Source of the DNA: Candidatus Eiseniibacteriota bacterium
Lineage (GTDB): Bacteria; Eisenbacteria; RBG-16-71-46
NCBI GenBank assembly: GCA_963744995.1
Contig: CAVUWA010000010.1
Coordinates: forward strand, 640,001 to 704,000
Direction of reading: 5' to 3'
DNA: 64,000 nucleotides
Numbering within the stretch: the stretch's first letter is position 1; each line of letters opens with the position of its first letter. Made by a program: the position numbers and the translations under genes. The notes below the pieces were generated by a model that saw nothing but the letters and a program-made list of their open reading frames with translations, made no database searches and was not told the DNA's origin. Shown here piece by piece: positions 13,026 through 23,252 of the stretch.

Positions 13026-13538
13026 GTGCCGACCGTCCGCTGCACCCACGTCGAGGTCTACCTGTTTCGCCGCCGCGCCGGCCGGGCGGAGTTCCTCGCC
13101 CTGCGCCGCTCGCCCGGCCGCAAGCTCGGCGGCGTCTGGCAGCCGGTCACCGGCAGCATCGAGCCCGGCGAGACCGCGTTCGAGGCCGCGCGCCGTGAGG
13201 TGCTGGAAGAGACCGGGCTCACGCCACGCAGGTGGTGGGGGCTCGAGAAGATGACCGCGTTCTTCGAGCCGGCGAATGACTCGTTCCGCCTGCTGCCCCT
13301 GTTCGCCGCCGAGATCGGGCCGCGCGATGCCGTGCGCCTGTCACGCGAGCACGACGCGATGCGTTTCGCCTCCGCGCGCCTGGTCGGCCGGCTCTACCTG
13401 TGGGAGGCGCAGCGCCAGGGACTGGCCGCGGTCAGGCGCGAAGTCCTTGGCAACCGGGCGCTGGCGCAGGCCCTCGAGCTGGAAGCGCCGCCGCCCGGTC
13501 GCCGCGTACGCCGCACCGGAAAGAAAGCGCGCGCCTGA
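13026..13538 (+). CDS. NUDIX pyrophosphatase (NudB-like)
   Basis: WQPVTGSIEPGETAFEAARREVLEETGL Nudix box, LSREH; GTG start 6 nt after TATCCT. Confidence 0.88.
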   Translation: MPTVRCTHVEVYLFRRRAGRAEFLALRRSPGRKLGGVWQPVTGSIEPGETAFEAARREVLEETGLTPRRWWGLEKMTAFFEPANDSFRLLPLFAAEIGPRDAVRLSREHDAMRFASARLVGRLYLWEAQRQGLAAVRREVLGNRALAQALELEAPPPGRRVRRTGKKARA

Positions 13539-13589
13539 GCGGTCGCCCTCCGCCGCGCCGGATCGATCGGGTGCGGCCTACCTCGCGCT

Positions 13590-15101
13590 TCAGCCGCCGA
13601 CCACTTCGCGCGCGATGCGTTCGATCACGCGCGGCAGCGTTTCGAACGCGAAGTCCGCGCGCACGCGCTCGTACAGTCCGTGTGCGTCGCGGCCCCACGG
13701 GCCGACGTTGATCACGTCGAGGTCGAGCGCGCGCATCGCCTGGACCGGCAGCCGGTACGCGCCGCCGAACGTCGGAATCGACGCGGCGGCTTCGTCCGCC
13801 TCGTCGCCCCAGGTGAGGTAGGAGACGTCGGAGATGTGCGGGTAGGCGCCGTGATCCGGGATGCCGTGCGCTGCGCACGCACGCCGCCCGGCCGCGGCCA
13901 GCGCCCCCGCCGAGCGCAGCGCCGCCGGGTAGAAGGGCGGCAGCAGGAACGGCACCACCGCCGGAGCGCCGATCCCGGCCGCGAGCGCCCGCTCGCGCAC
14001 GCGCAGCAGCGTGCGTTCGCGAATGTCCTCCCCGCGCGACGGCTCGTGGGCCGCGCTCTCGACGTGCGGCAGCCGGCGCCACGGCGTCACCCGCACGTCG
14101 ACATCCGCGGCGCTCCCCGCTTCCGCCGCAAGGCCCGCGCCCGCGTGTGCCGCCGCGCGCTCGACCGCACGCTCGAAGGCGCCGAGCACGACGTGCGGCG
14201 GCGTGTCGCCGACCATCAGGTTCACGTGGATTTCGGCCTCGGCCGCGGTCTGCACGTCGTAGTGCGTCTTGCGGTCCCGCAGCCGCAGCAGCGCGGGCGG
14301 CCCCGTGAGCGCCTCTTCCAGCTCGGGGTCGCGGACGAGGCGCAGCGCGATCGCCGCCGCGAGCGCCGCGGCGTCCAGGCCGGCCCGCGGGGCGCTGGCG
14401 TGGGTGGGAACGCCCGCGACCCAGACGCCGCCGAGCATCTTGCCGAGAACGCCGCAGTAGAGCCCCGGGAGATCGCCGTAGTCGAGGTTCAGCACCCCGG
14501 CAAAGCGTGCACCGGCCGCCGCGACTCCGGCCAGCTGCTCGACGGCGGCGAACATCCCGGCGGACTCGTTCTCCTCGTCCGGTGTGACGACGAACCACAC
14601 GTCGCCCGCAGGCGGGCGTGCCGCCAGCGCATGGAGCGCGGCGACCCCGGCCGCCAGCGCGGACTTCATGTCGAGCGCGCCGCGGCCGAACATCCAGGTT
14701 CCGGGGGCGGCGATCTCCTCGCGCACGTCGGCGAGCGCGGCGTCGGGCAGCTCGCCGCGGCGGGCACGTTCGACCAGCAGCGTGCGCATGCGCGCGGCAT
14801 CGAACGCGACGGCTTCACCGGCACCGTCGTTGAGCGCCGCGAACTCCGCGACGTCCACGGTGTCGCAGTGGCCGAGCAGGATCAGCGCGGGCGCTCCGGG
14901 ATCGACGCCCGGGAGGCGCGCCCATGCCACAGGGCGACCGTCCGGCGTGTCCCAGAACCCGCGCACGAGCGCGGCGGGGCACGCGTCGAGGATCGCCGCC
15001 GCGCAGGCGCCCTCGCCCTCGGGATCGGGGCTCACGCTGCGCGTCGCGACCAGCCGTTCGGTGAGCGCGCGCACCTCGTCGGGGGCAGGGAAGTCGGCCA
15101 T
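13590..15101 (-). CDS. M20 family metallo-hydrolase, RocB-like
   Basis: GHCDTV, GRGALDMKS, PDEENESAG, ISD.SY, GPWGRDAH..ERV. Confidence 0.85.
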   Translation of the reverse strand: MADFPAPDEVRALTERLVATRSVSPDPEGEGACAAAILDACPAALVRGFWDTPDGRPVAWARLPGVDPGAPALILLGHCDTVDVAEFAALNDGAGEAVAFDAARMRTLLVERARRGELPDAALADVREEIAAPGTWMFGRGALDMKSALAAGVAALHALAARPPAGDVWFVVTPDEENESAGMFAAVEQLAGVAAAGARFAGVLNLDYGDLPGLYCGVLGKMLGGVWVAGVPTHASAPRAGLDAAALAAAIALRLVRDPELEEALTGPPALLRLRDRKTHYDVQTAAEAEIHVNLMVGDTPPHVVLGAFERAVERAAAHAGAGLAAEAGSAADVDVRVTPWRRLPHVESAAHEPSRGEDIRERTLLRVRERALAAGIGAPAVVPFLLPPFYPAALRSAGALAAAGRRACAAHGIPDHGAYPHISDVSYLTWGDEADEAAASIPTFGGAYRLPVQAMRALDLDVINVGPWGRDAHGLYERVRADFAFETLPRVIERIAREVVGG

Positions 15102-15374
15102 GCGCGGACGCTAGCGAAGGCGGGGCGGGAAGACCAGTGGGCCGTTGGGGGTGCAGCGGTTGCGACCGGGGGACCACTCCGGCGCGGGGAGTGCGATGGC
15201 GGCGGCGGCGGAGTGCCGGGCGGGCCGTTCGGCGGACGTCCCGCAGCCGCGCAGGCGCCATGGATGGCGGGCGCGCCGGGGGAGACGAACGCGCCGGCAG
15301 GAGCCGGTGCGATTCTGGCCCGCCCCGCGGCCCGCCGGGCGCTGCGCCGCGAGGGATGCAGGACCGCGCGGCAG

Positions 15375-15860
15375 CTACGACACGCGCGGCATCGGGATGA
15401 TGTTGGGCTCGCCGAAGGTCTGCACGAGGATTTCGCGCCGGTAGCGGAAGATCTTCATGATCTGCGGGCGTACGAACAGCGGATGCGCGGGACGGGAGAG
15501 CGGATCCAGCGGCAGCGCGTAGTCGACCCGATCGTGCACGCGGGTGCCGCGTGGATGCGGCTCGAACGTGTGCCGGTGCACCCACAGCGCGTACGGCCCG
15601 CGCAGCTGGCGGTCGACGAACGAGCGACCCGGGTTCCATTCGTCGATGCGCGTCAGCCACTCCATGCGTATGCCGTGCAGCATAAGCCGGTAGCGGATGA
15701 ACGCGCCCTCGTGCATCTCGACCGGCGAAGGCGTGAGGATCCGGAACCTCAGGAACGGCGGCGTGATCGTCTCGAGGTTGCGCGCGTCGGTGAAGAACTC
15801 GAAGACACGGTCGAGCGGCGCGCTCAGGATCTGCTCGGTTTCGAAGACGTGGGCTTTCAT
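15375..15860 (-). CDS. SRPBCC family protein
   Basis: VFEFFTDARNLETITPP, FVDRQLRGPY..WVHRHTF, IFRYR. Confidence 0.9.
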   Translation of the reverse strand: MKAHVFETEQILSAPLDRVFEFFTDARNLETITPPFLRFRILTPSPVEMHEGAFIRYRLMLHGIRMEWLTRIDEWNPGRSFVDRQLRGPYALWVHRHTFEPHPRGTRVHDRVDYALPLDPLSRPAHPLFVRPQIMKIFRYRREILVQTFGEPNIIPMPRVS

Positions 15861-15927
15861 GGTGTCCGGCTCACCGGATCGGAGCGCTGCGTGCCGCCCC
15901 GAAGGCGGGCGGCGCACGGGGCCGCGC

Positions 15928-17246
15928 TCAGCGCGGCTCGAGCACGATCCGCAGCTGCCTGAGCCCTCCTTCCCTGCAGTCGAGGGGCTGGCGCCCATCG
16001 GCCGAGACGATCGTGAACGTCTTTCTGGCCACCGCGTCCACGTCCACGTGCCAGATGCCGCAGCGGAGCGGCGCCAGCTCGAACGCCCGCGGCGAACCCA
16101 TGAAGAGCTGAATCGTGTCGCGCACCGCGGGCGCCTCACGCAGCGCGACGATCAACTCGAGCCGCCGGGTGAGCAGATGGTCGGGATGGATCTCGACCGT
16201 GCCGCGGATGCGGCAGGCGCAGTCGCCCTCCATGGCGAGCACGTTTTCGGTGCGGCGCTGCGCGTTCGGCAGATCGGCCACCCCGGGCGCGGTCTCGATG
16301 CGGCGGATCAGTGACGCATCGGTCTGGGTGACACCGGGGCCGGGCAGCTTCACCGTTTCGGTCACCCCGGAATCCGGGGCCCCGGCGCGCGGCGTGTCAT
16401 CGGGCTCCACGCGGCGGATGCGCGGGCGCGGAGAAGGCCTGTCGCGGGCGGGCGGACGGCTCGGGCGTGCCGCAGCTGCACGGGACAGCGTGTCGGGCGA
16501 ACTGCGCGAGACGAGCACGTGAGGTTCATGCCCTGACCCGGAGCCGCGCGCGAGCGCCTCCCGGATGTCGTCCTTTGCGGCCTCGAACCCGTCGCCCGTG
16601 GTGGTCGCGCGTTTCGCGCTGTCGGCCACACCGGGCTGCCGGGGCGCGGTCGCGGCGGCGCGCACGCCGACGGGCTCGCTCACCGCCATCTCCGGCTCCC
16701 TCGCCTCCCCGACGATCGTCACGGCTTCCGAGCGCAGCGACATGCGCGAGGAGGGCGGCGCACCCTTCTCGCCGACGAAGTCCACGTTCACCACGGTCGC
16801 GCTGCGATCGCCGCGAGCGATCGCCGTAGCGATCGCGTCCACCGGCTGCAGCACGTTCGAGCGCACGCGGCAACGCGCGGGATCGGTGCGCGTCTGCATC
16901 CGCAGCTCGAGCGCGAACACGCCCTGACCGTTGCGCAGCGTGAACGCCCAGCCCGGCCGCGTCGCGGTCAGTGCGCAGGGTGACCGCTTTCTTCGCCGGA
17001 TCTCCGAGCGCTTCGATCGGCACCGTGAGCGTGTAGCTGCCGGAAGCGTCGCTGACGGCGGCGACGTCGGGCACGCCCTCCAGGGCGACGCGCACGCCCT
17101 CGACGCTCACCCCCTGCGCCGTGGACACGCGACCGAGCACGTCGATGGAGCGCAGCGGCAGGCGTGCGGAGTCGTCGCCGGCGGCGGGCGCCGCGAACGC
17201 GGCGGCGAGCCCGATGAGGGCGGTGGCGAACAGCGGATGGGACATG
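15928..17246 (-). pseudogene. Exported protein with carboxypeptidase-regulatory-like domain, frameshifted near 16972 (possible assembly error)
   Basis: Signal peptide and GRV..GVSVEGVRV..SDASGSYTL in one frame; continues as LTATRPGWAFTL.. in the next frame after one extra base. Confidence 0.6.
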
Positions 17247-17380
17247 GCACGCATGCGTGAAAACCCCTTCGGCGGCGGGCGAAAAGTATAGCAGGAAGCA
17301 TGACACCGCCGGGCGCCCGGTTGACTTGAAAGGGTCAAGAATGGCCGGCGGGAAGCGGGTTCCGGCGCAGCGGCCGCGCG

Positions 17381-19447
17381 TCAGACGGCGGGGGGCGCGG
17401 AGTCGGCGCCGGGGCTCTCTCCTTCGCGCGGCTGCAGCTTCTGGAACAGGCGGTCCATGCTGGCGTGATTTCCGGTCATCACCAGGGTGTCGCCGACGCG
17501 CAGCTCCAGGGTCTCGTCGTAGGCCTTGAGCGCGCGTCCACCGCGCACGACCGCCACCAGGGCGCAGTCGCCGCCCTGCCCCAGGCTCAGCTCGCCGACC
17601 GTCTTCCCCACCGCCGGCGAGTGCTGCAGCAGCAGGAACGTGTCGGTCGTACCCTCGAGCATGATCGCCTCGAGTTGCTCGACCACCGAGCCGGGGAGCC
17701 GGCGGCCGCGCAGCAGGCTGTAGCGTTCCTGGCGCAGCAGGCGGATCTGCGCGTCGATCACGTTGCCCGGCACGTGGTAGTCGCGCAGCACGGCGGTGAA
17801 GATTTCGATCGAGGTCTCGAACTCCTCGGGGATCACCTGGTTCGCGCCGACCGTGAACAGGCCGTCGATCTCGGCCACCTGGCGCGTCCGCACGATGATG
17901 TGCACGTCGGCGGACAGGGCGCGCGCCACCCGGCAGGCCTGCCGTGTGGCGGTCGGATCGCTGATCGCCAGCACCAGTACGCGCGCGCGCGTCACCCCCG
18001 CCTGCTTGAGGATCAGTTCGCGCGTGATGTCACCGACCAGCGTCGTGCTGCCCGCCGCGGCCTCGGTTGCGAGCGCGTCGGCGTTGAGATCCACGATCAC
18101 GTGCGGCACGCGCACCGAGCGCAGCACCCGCGCGAGGTTGCGACCGTTGAGTCCGAACCCGGCGATGACCACGTGGCCCGCGAGCAGATTCGAACGCGGC
18201 GCGTCGGCGAGCGCCGACGACGGCAGATCGGCGACGCTGCGCCCGCCGCGGAGCCGCAGCGCGGTGACCCGCATCTCGAGCTGCAGCGCCCAGTCGGGCG
18301 CACGCGCGACCAGCAGCGGCGTGAGCATCAGCGAGAACACCGCGCTCGCGAAGAACGCCTGCCCGATCGTCCCCGAGAACAGCCCGTACGGCTGCCCCGC
18401 CTGCGCGATCATGAACGAGAACTCGCCGATCTGCGCGAGGACGAGCGCGGCGGCGAAGCCCACGCGCCAGTTCGCGCCCGCGAGCCGCAGCGCCAGCACC
18501 CCCGCGCCGAGCTTGATCACCACCAGCAGGAACGCGCTGCCGAACACGATTCCGGGATGTTCGATCACCGACGCCGGCAGAAACGACATGCCCAGCGAGA
18601 CGAAGAACACGCTCGCCAGCGTGTCGCGGAACGGCAGCACGTCGGCGGCCACCTGCTCGCGGAAGTCCGACTCGGCGAGCAGCAGCCCGGCGAGGAACGC
18701 GCCGAGCGCGAGCGACAGCCCGGCCCATGCGGCCAGCGAGGCGCTGCCGAGCGCCACGAGCACCACGCCGAACAGGAACGCCTCGCGTGAGCGCGAGCGG
18801 GCGGCGCGTGCGAACACCCAGCGCAGCGCCCGCTGGCCGCCGAGGAACAGCAGCACGAACAGCCCGACGACGATCACCGCGGCCCAGAGCGACGGGGCGC
18901 CGTGCGCCGCCGGATCGGTGCCGCCGTACCAGCGGCCGAGCAGCGGCACTGCGAGCAGGAACAGCACGGCGATCAGGTCCTGAAAGATCAGCACCGCGGT
19001 GGCGAGGCGGCCGTGCGGGGACTCGAGCTCGAACCGGTCGGTGAGCAGCTTGAGCACCACCGCCGTGCTCGACAACGCCGCGAGCATGCCGAGGAAGATC
19101 GCCGGCGCCGGGTGCATCCCGAAGGCGACGAACCCGAGCGCGACGAGTCCGAGGGTGAGGAAGACCTGGAACCCGCCGCCGATGATCGCGGTGCGGCCGA
19201 GCCGGCGCAGGTCGGTGAGCGAGAATTCGAGACCGACGGTGAACAGCAGCAGCACGACGCCGATCTCGGCCATCGTGCGGACGAACACCGCGTCCCGCAC
19301 GAGCCCGAAGCCGCCGGGGCCGATGAGGATGCCGGTGACGATGAAACCGATGGTCGGCGGCAGCTTGAGCCGCTGGAACACCAGCACCACCGCGAGCGAG
19401 GCGCTCGCGATGAGCAGGAGTTCACGCAGGACGGGAATGTCGTGCAT
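17381..19447 (-). CDS. CPA2/Kef-type cation:proton antiporter with TrkA-N and TrkA-C domains
   Basis: LLFTVGLEFS, LSSTAVV, FQD, AQIGEFSF, HVVIAGFG.NG. Confidence 0.93.
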   Translation of the reverse strand: MHDIPVLRELLLIASASLAVVLVFQRLKLPPTIGFIVTGILIGPGGFGLVRDAVFVRTMAEIGVVLLLFTVGLEFSLTDLRRLGRTAIIGGGFQVFLTLGLVALGFVAFGMHPAPAIFLGMLAALSSTAVVLKLLTDRFELESPHGRLATAVLIFQDLIAVLFLLAVPLLGRWYGGTDPAAHGAPSLWAAVIVVGLFVLLFLGGQRALRWVFARAARSRSREAFLFGVVLVALGSASLAAWAGLSLALGAFLAGLLLAESDFREQVAADVLPFRDTLASVFFVSLGMSFLPASVIEHPGIVFGSAFLLVVIKLGAGVLALRLAGANWRVGFAAALVLAQIGEFSFMIAQAGQPYGLFSGTIGQAFFASAVFSLMLTPLLVARAPDWALQLEMRVTALRLRGGRSVADLPSSALADAPRSNLLAGHVVIAGFGLNGRNLARVLRSVRVPHVIVDLNADALATEAAAGSTTLVGDITRELILKQAGVTRARVLVLAISDPTATRQACRVARALSADVHIIVRTRQVAEIDGLFTVGANQVIPEEFETSIEIFTAVLRDYHVPGNVIDAQIRLLRQERYSLLRGRRLPGSVVEQLEAIMLEGTTDTFLLLQHSPAVGKTVGELSLGQGGDCALVAVVRGGRALKAYDETLELRVGDTLVMTGNHASMDRLFQKLQPREGESPGADSAPPAV

Positions 19448-19486
19448 GCGAGGCCCCGCCGCGACGGCCCGGGTGTGCTTCCGGGG

Positions 19487-20884
19487 TCAGGAGATCTTCC
19501 CCAGCTCCTCGTAGAGCGCCGCCACGCTCCGGATCCCGCCGTAGTACGACGTGAGCGAGAACTTCTCGTTGGGCGCGTGGACGTTGTCGTCGTCGAGCCC
19601 GAAGCCCATGAAGATGAACGGCACGTCGAACGTCTTCTGCATCGCGGTCATGATCGGGATCGAGCCGCCCTCGCGCATCATCACCGGTGGTTTCGCCCAC
19701 ACCTTCGCCAGCGCGCGGCGGGCGGCTTCGAGCATCGGGCTGTTCGGATCGGTGATGAACGGGTCGCCGTGATGGATGTTCCTGACCTTCACGGTGACCC
19801 CGGGCGGCGCGAGCTTCTTCACGTGCGCCTCGAAGAGCGGGAACAGCCTGCGCGGATCCTGGTCCGGCACCAGGCGCATGCTGACCTTGGCGGCGAAGAA
19901 CGACGGGAGCACCGTCTTGCTGCCTTCGCCCTGATAGCCGCCCCACATGCCGTTCACGTCGAGCGTCGGCCGCGCCGACACGCGCTCGAGCGTCGTGAAG
20001 CCCTTTTCGCCGAACGGCGCCGGCGCGCCGGCTTCGGCCAGGTAGGCCTTCTCGTCGAACGGCGCCTTTGCCATTTCGGCGCGCTCTTCAGCGGTCAGCT
20101 CGCGCACGTCGTCGTAGAAACCCGGCACGGTGATGCGCCCGTCGGCGTCCTTGAGGCCGGCGATGATCGTCGCCAGCGCGCTTCCGGGATTGGCGACGGT
20201 CCCGCCGAAGTGGCCCGAGTGCAGATCGTTGGCCGGGCCGGTGACTTCGATCTGCGTGTAGAGCAGGCCGCGCAGCGCGTAGGTGAGCACCGGCTGGTCG
20301 GGGCCGAGCATCGCCGTGTCGCTGACCACGATCACGTCGCAGTCGAGCTTCTCCTTCTGCGCCCCGATGAACGTGTCCAGCGCGACGCTGCCGTTCTCTT
20401 CCTCACCTTCGATCACCAGCTTCACGTTGATCGGCAGCGCGCCGCGCACCTTCATCAGGCCCTCGATCGCCTTGAGGTGCATGTAGACCTGCCCCTTGTC
20501 GTCCACCGCGCCGCGCGCATAGAGATTGCCGTTGCGCAGCTCGGGCTCGAACGGCTTCGACTTCCACAGCTCGAGCGGCTCCACCGGCTGCACGTCGTAG
20601 TGGCCGTAGACGAGCGCGGTCGGCTTGCCCTGCGCATGCAGCCAGTCGCCGTAGACGATCGGGTGACCCGCCGTCCGAATCACCTCGACGTGTTCCAGCC
20701 CGATCTCGCGCATGTGCGCCGCGATGTGCTCGGCACACTCGAGGACGTCGGCTTTGTAGCGGTCTTCGGTGCTCACGCTGGGAATGCGCAGCGCGGCCTT
20801 GAGATCTTCGAGAAGCCGGTCCGAGTTGGCGTCAAACCAGCGGTCCAGGTCGTTCATCTTCGAATCAGCGGGGGTCACGCTCAT
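19487..20884 (-). CDS. M20 dipeptidase (Cys-Gly/DapE-like)
   Basis: YGHYDVQP, RGAVDDKGQ, EGEEENGS, DLHSG, HAPNE. Confidence 0.93.
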   Translation of the reverse strand: MSVTPADSKMNDLDRWFDANSDRLLEDLKAALRIPSVSTEDRYKADVLECAEHIAAHMREIGLEHVEVIRTAGHPIVYGDWLHAQGKPTALVYGHYDVQPVEPLELWKSKPFEPELRNGNLYARGAVDDKGQVYMHLKAIEGLMKVRGALPINVKLVIEGEEENGSVALDTFIGAQKEKLDCDVIVVSDTAMLGPDQPVLTYALRGLLYTQIEVTGPANDLHSGHFGGTVANPGSALATIIAGLKDADGRITVPGFYDDVRELTAEERAEMAKAPFDEKAYLAEAGAPAPFGEKGFTTLERVSARPTLDVNGMWGGYQGEGSKTVLPSFFAAKVSMRLVPDQDPRRLFPLFEAHVKKLAPPGVTVKVRNIHHGDPFITDPNSPMLEAARRALAKVWAKPPVMMREGGSIPIMTAMQKTFDVPFIFMGFGLDDDNVHAPNEKFSLTSYYGGIRSVAALYEELGKIS

Positions 20885-21136
20885 GGCTCTTTTCCATTCA
20901 GCCGGCGCCCGGCCCCGGCCGATGATCAGGCAGGACGCGGCAGGTCTTGACGGCGATTCGGGCCCCGCGGACCGAAGGCAGACACCGGCTCGAGCCGGCC
21001 GTGCGGGGTCGCATGAGGACCCGGACTCTAGCAGAGGGCACGGCGCTTTACACCCCGTGGTGAATCTGCTTGGATCGCGTTCCCGATGCACTCGCGGCTT
21101 CCCGGCCGTGCCCTCACTCCTCCGGACGAAGGACCC

Positions 21137-21346
21137 ATGGAGATCCTCATCAGACGCTCGGAGTGCTGCGGCCACGCGGAGTGCGTGGAGATCGCGCCCG
21201 ACGTGTTCGCGATCGACTCGCGGCAGAAGGCGATCGTCCTCGACACGGAGGCTGCGCCGGTGGAGGTGCTGCTGGAGGCGGCGGCGGCCTGTCCCTGTCA
21301 GGCGATCACCATCGTGGACGACGAGGGCGAAGAGATCTTCCCCTGA
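21137..21346 (+). CDS. Ferredoxin (single cluster, CxxHxxC...CP)
   Basis: CCGHAEC..APDVF..ACPCQAI; RBS gaagga. Confidence 0.88.
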   Translation: MEILIRRSECCGHAECVEIAPDVFAIDSRQKAIVLDTEAAPVEVLLEAAAACPCQAITIVDDEGEEIFP

Positions 21347-21355
21347 CGCGGTTCG

Positions 21356-22516
21356 TCACCGCTCGATCGCGGGAAGCACGTACTCGTCGAGAATCCGGTC
21401 CGTGAGCGTGTGGGCGTCGCTCGCGCCGAAGTTGGTTGCGGTGATCACCACCACCATGTGCGCCGCCGGGAATACCGCCACCTTGTTGCCGCCGCTCCCC
21501 GTCATCAGCCACGCCGCGCGCCTTGCGGCGCCCTCGCCGAACGACTTGAGCCACCACAGGTAGCCGTAGTCCGTCCGCTCGTCGATCTGCGCCCGCGGCA
21601 TCACCGAAGCGCGCACCCAGGCTTCCGGAACGACCTGCCGCCCATGCCAGCGGCCGCGATCGAGGTAGAGCTGTCCGAGCGCCAGCAGGTCACGGCCGGT
21701 GAGCGCGAGCCCGCCGCCCGTCATCACGAGCCCGGTCGGCGTCCGCTGCCACCCGGGCGCCCGGATCCCGAGCGGCTCGAACAGGACGCTGTCGGCGAAG
21801 TCCTCGAGCGGCTCGCCCACGGCGCGTTGAACCACCGCGCCGAGCACCACGGCGCCCGCCGTGCAGTAACTGAAGCTGCGACCGTACCTGGAGTCCTCCG
21901 GCCGCGGCTTCCAGGCCGGATAACCGCGCAGCGGCAGGTCCAGCGCGAAGCGCACCCAGTCCTCGATCAGGTACATGCGCTCTTCGTTGCCGCGCGAGTA
22001 CGGGTTCCAATCGTCGCATTCGAGCGGCGAGCTCATGGTGAGCAGGTCCTCGACCGTGATCCGCGCCTTGCGGGGGTCCGGATTCCGCAGCGGGCCCAGG
22101 TCGTCGAGCACGTCGAGCACCCGCGTGTCGACGCCGTCGAGCCGGCCGCCGGCGATCGCGATACCGGCCAGCATTCCGGTCACGGTCTTGGTGGCCGAGC
22201 GCGTGTTGCGCCGCGCCTCGCGGCCGCCGGAATCGAAGTAGGCTTCGTGCACGATCTTCCCGTCGCGGGCGATCAACACACTGGTGACCTGCTTGAAGTC
22301 CCCTTTGCGCACCGCCGCATCCATCGCGGCAAGTCGCGATGCGGAGATTCCGGCACGGGCGGCGGCGACGGTCCCGAAACGTGCCGGCCCGGGCGGGGCC
22401 GCACCGACCGCGGCGGTCGCCATGAGCGCCGGGCAGAGCGCCACCGCCAGGCCCGCGGCGAGCACCGCACGCCGGGCGAGGCTCCGCCGCCCGCGCGGCG
22501 CGACGCGATGCCTCAT
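21356..22516 (-). CDS. Serine hydrolase, beta-lactamase/NylB-like family, probable Tat export
   Basis: S-A-T-K motif, LLTMSS, FSYCT, YGYLWW, GSGGN; ARRAVL signal. Confidence 0.88.
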   Translation of the reverse strand: MRHRVAPRGRRSLARRAVLAAGLAVALCPALMATAAVGAAPPGPARFGTVAAARAGISASRLAAMDAAVRKGDFKQVTSVLIARDGKIVHEAYFDSGGREARRNTRSATKTVTGMLAGIAIAGGRLDGVDTRVLDVLDDLGPLRNPDPRKARITVEDLLTMSSPLECDDWNPYSRGNEERMYLIEDWVRFALDLPLRGYPAWKPRPEDSRYGRSFSYCTAGAVVLGAVVQRAVGEPLEDFADSVLFEPLGIRAPGWQRTPTGLVMTGGGLALTGRDLLALGQLYLDRGRWHGRQVVPEAWVRASVMPRAQIDERTDYGYLWWLKSFGEGAARRAAWLMTGSGGNKVAVFPAAHMVVVITATNFGASDAHTLTDRILDEYVLPAIER

Positions 22517-23184
22517 CGGGCACCGCCCGGCTCGCGTTCGCGCGCGGTGAGCCAGTCCTCGAGCGCCGGAATGCCTTCCTCCATGTTGGAGCGCAGCGCG
22601 CGCACGGCCGCGTCGAGCCGGCCGCGGCCGAGATCGCGCACGATGCGATCGTGCGTTCCGGTCGCCACCGCGACATGGCCGCGTTCGCGCAGGTAGGCGT
22701 ATTCGTACGGGCGCGTCCGCCGCATGAAGCGCCGGATCAGATCGAGCAGCAGCGGATTGTCCAGGTGCGCGAGCAGCGCCAGGTGCCACGCGTCGTCGAG
22801 GTCGATGGTCCGGGCCGGCGTCCGGCTCGCGGCGATCCTCCGGTTGAGCGCGTCGAGGCGGGCGAGCTGCTGCGCCGGGGGGAGACCGGCTTCGGCGAGC
22901 GCGGCCGGATCGAGGATCAGCCGGACGCCGTAGAGGCGCCGCATGTCCGCGAGCGAGAGTGCGGGCACGAAGTAGCCGCGGCGCGGAGCCTGCGTCAGGA
23001 AGCCTTCGGAGGCCAGCAGCGAGAGCGCCTCGCGCAGCGGCGTCCGGCTCACGTGCAGCCGCGCGGCGAGATGCACCTCGTTGAGCCGCATGCCGGGCTC
23101 GAGCGTTCCGGCGACGATGTCCTCGCGCAGCCGGTCAGCGAGCTCGGTGCTGATGTTGGGCCGCGGGGTGGAGTCGGTGAGCAC
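22513..23184 (-). CDS. GntR (FCD) family transcriptional regulator
   Basis: [33 protein letters not shown] overlap with the hydrolase gene. Confidence 0.9.
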   Translation of the reverse strand: MLTDSTPRPNISTELADRLREDIVAGTLEPGMRLNEVHLAARLHVSRTPLREALSLLASEGFLTQAPRRGYFVPALSLADMRRLYGVRLILDPAALAEAGLPPAQQLARLDALNRRIAASRTPARTIDLDDAWHLALLAHLDNPLLLDLIRRFMRRTRPYEYAYLRERGHVAVATGTHDRIVRDLGRGRLDAAVRALRSNMEEGIPALEDWLTAREREPGGAR

Positions 23185-23188
23185 GCTA

Positions 23189-23219
23189 ACTGTATACAGT
23201 ATGCAATAATCGGGGTCAA
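23189..23219 (-). promoter_or_regulatory. Promoter with overlapping GntR-type palindrome ACTGTATACAGT
   Basis: TTGACC-17-TATACA; perfect 12-bp palindrome at 23189-23200. Confidence 0.7.
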
Positions 23220-23252
23220 GCCGTCGGCCGACCGCGGCCTCTGCAGCACCGC

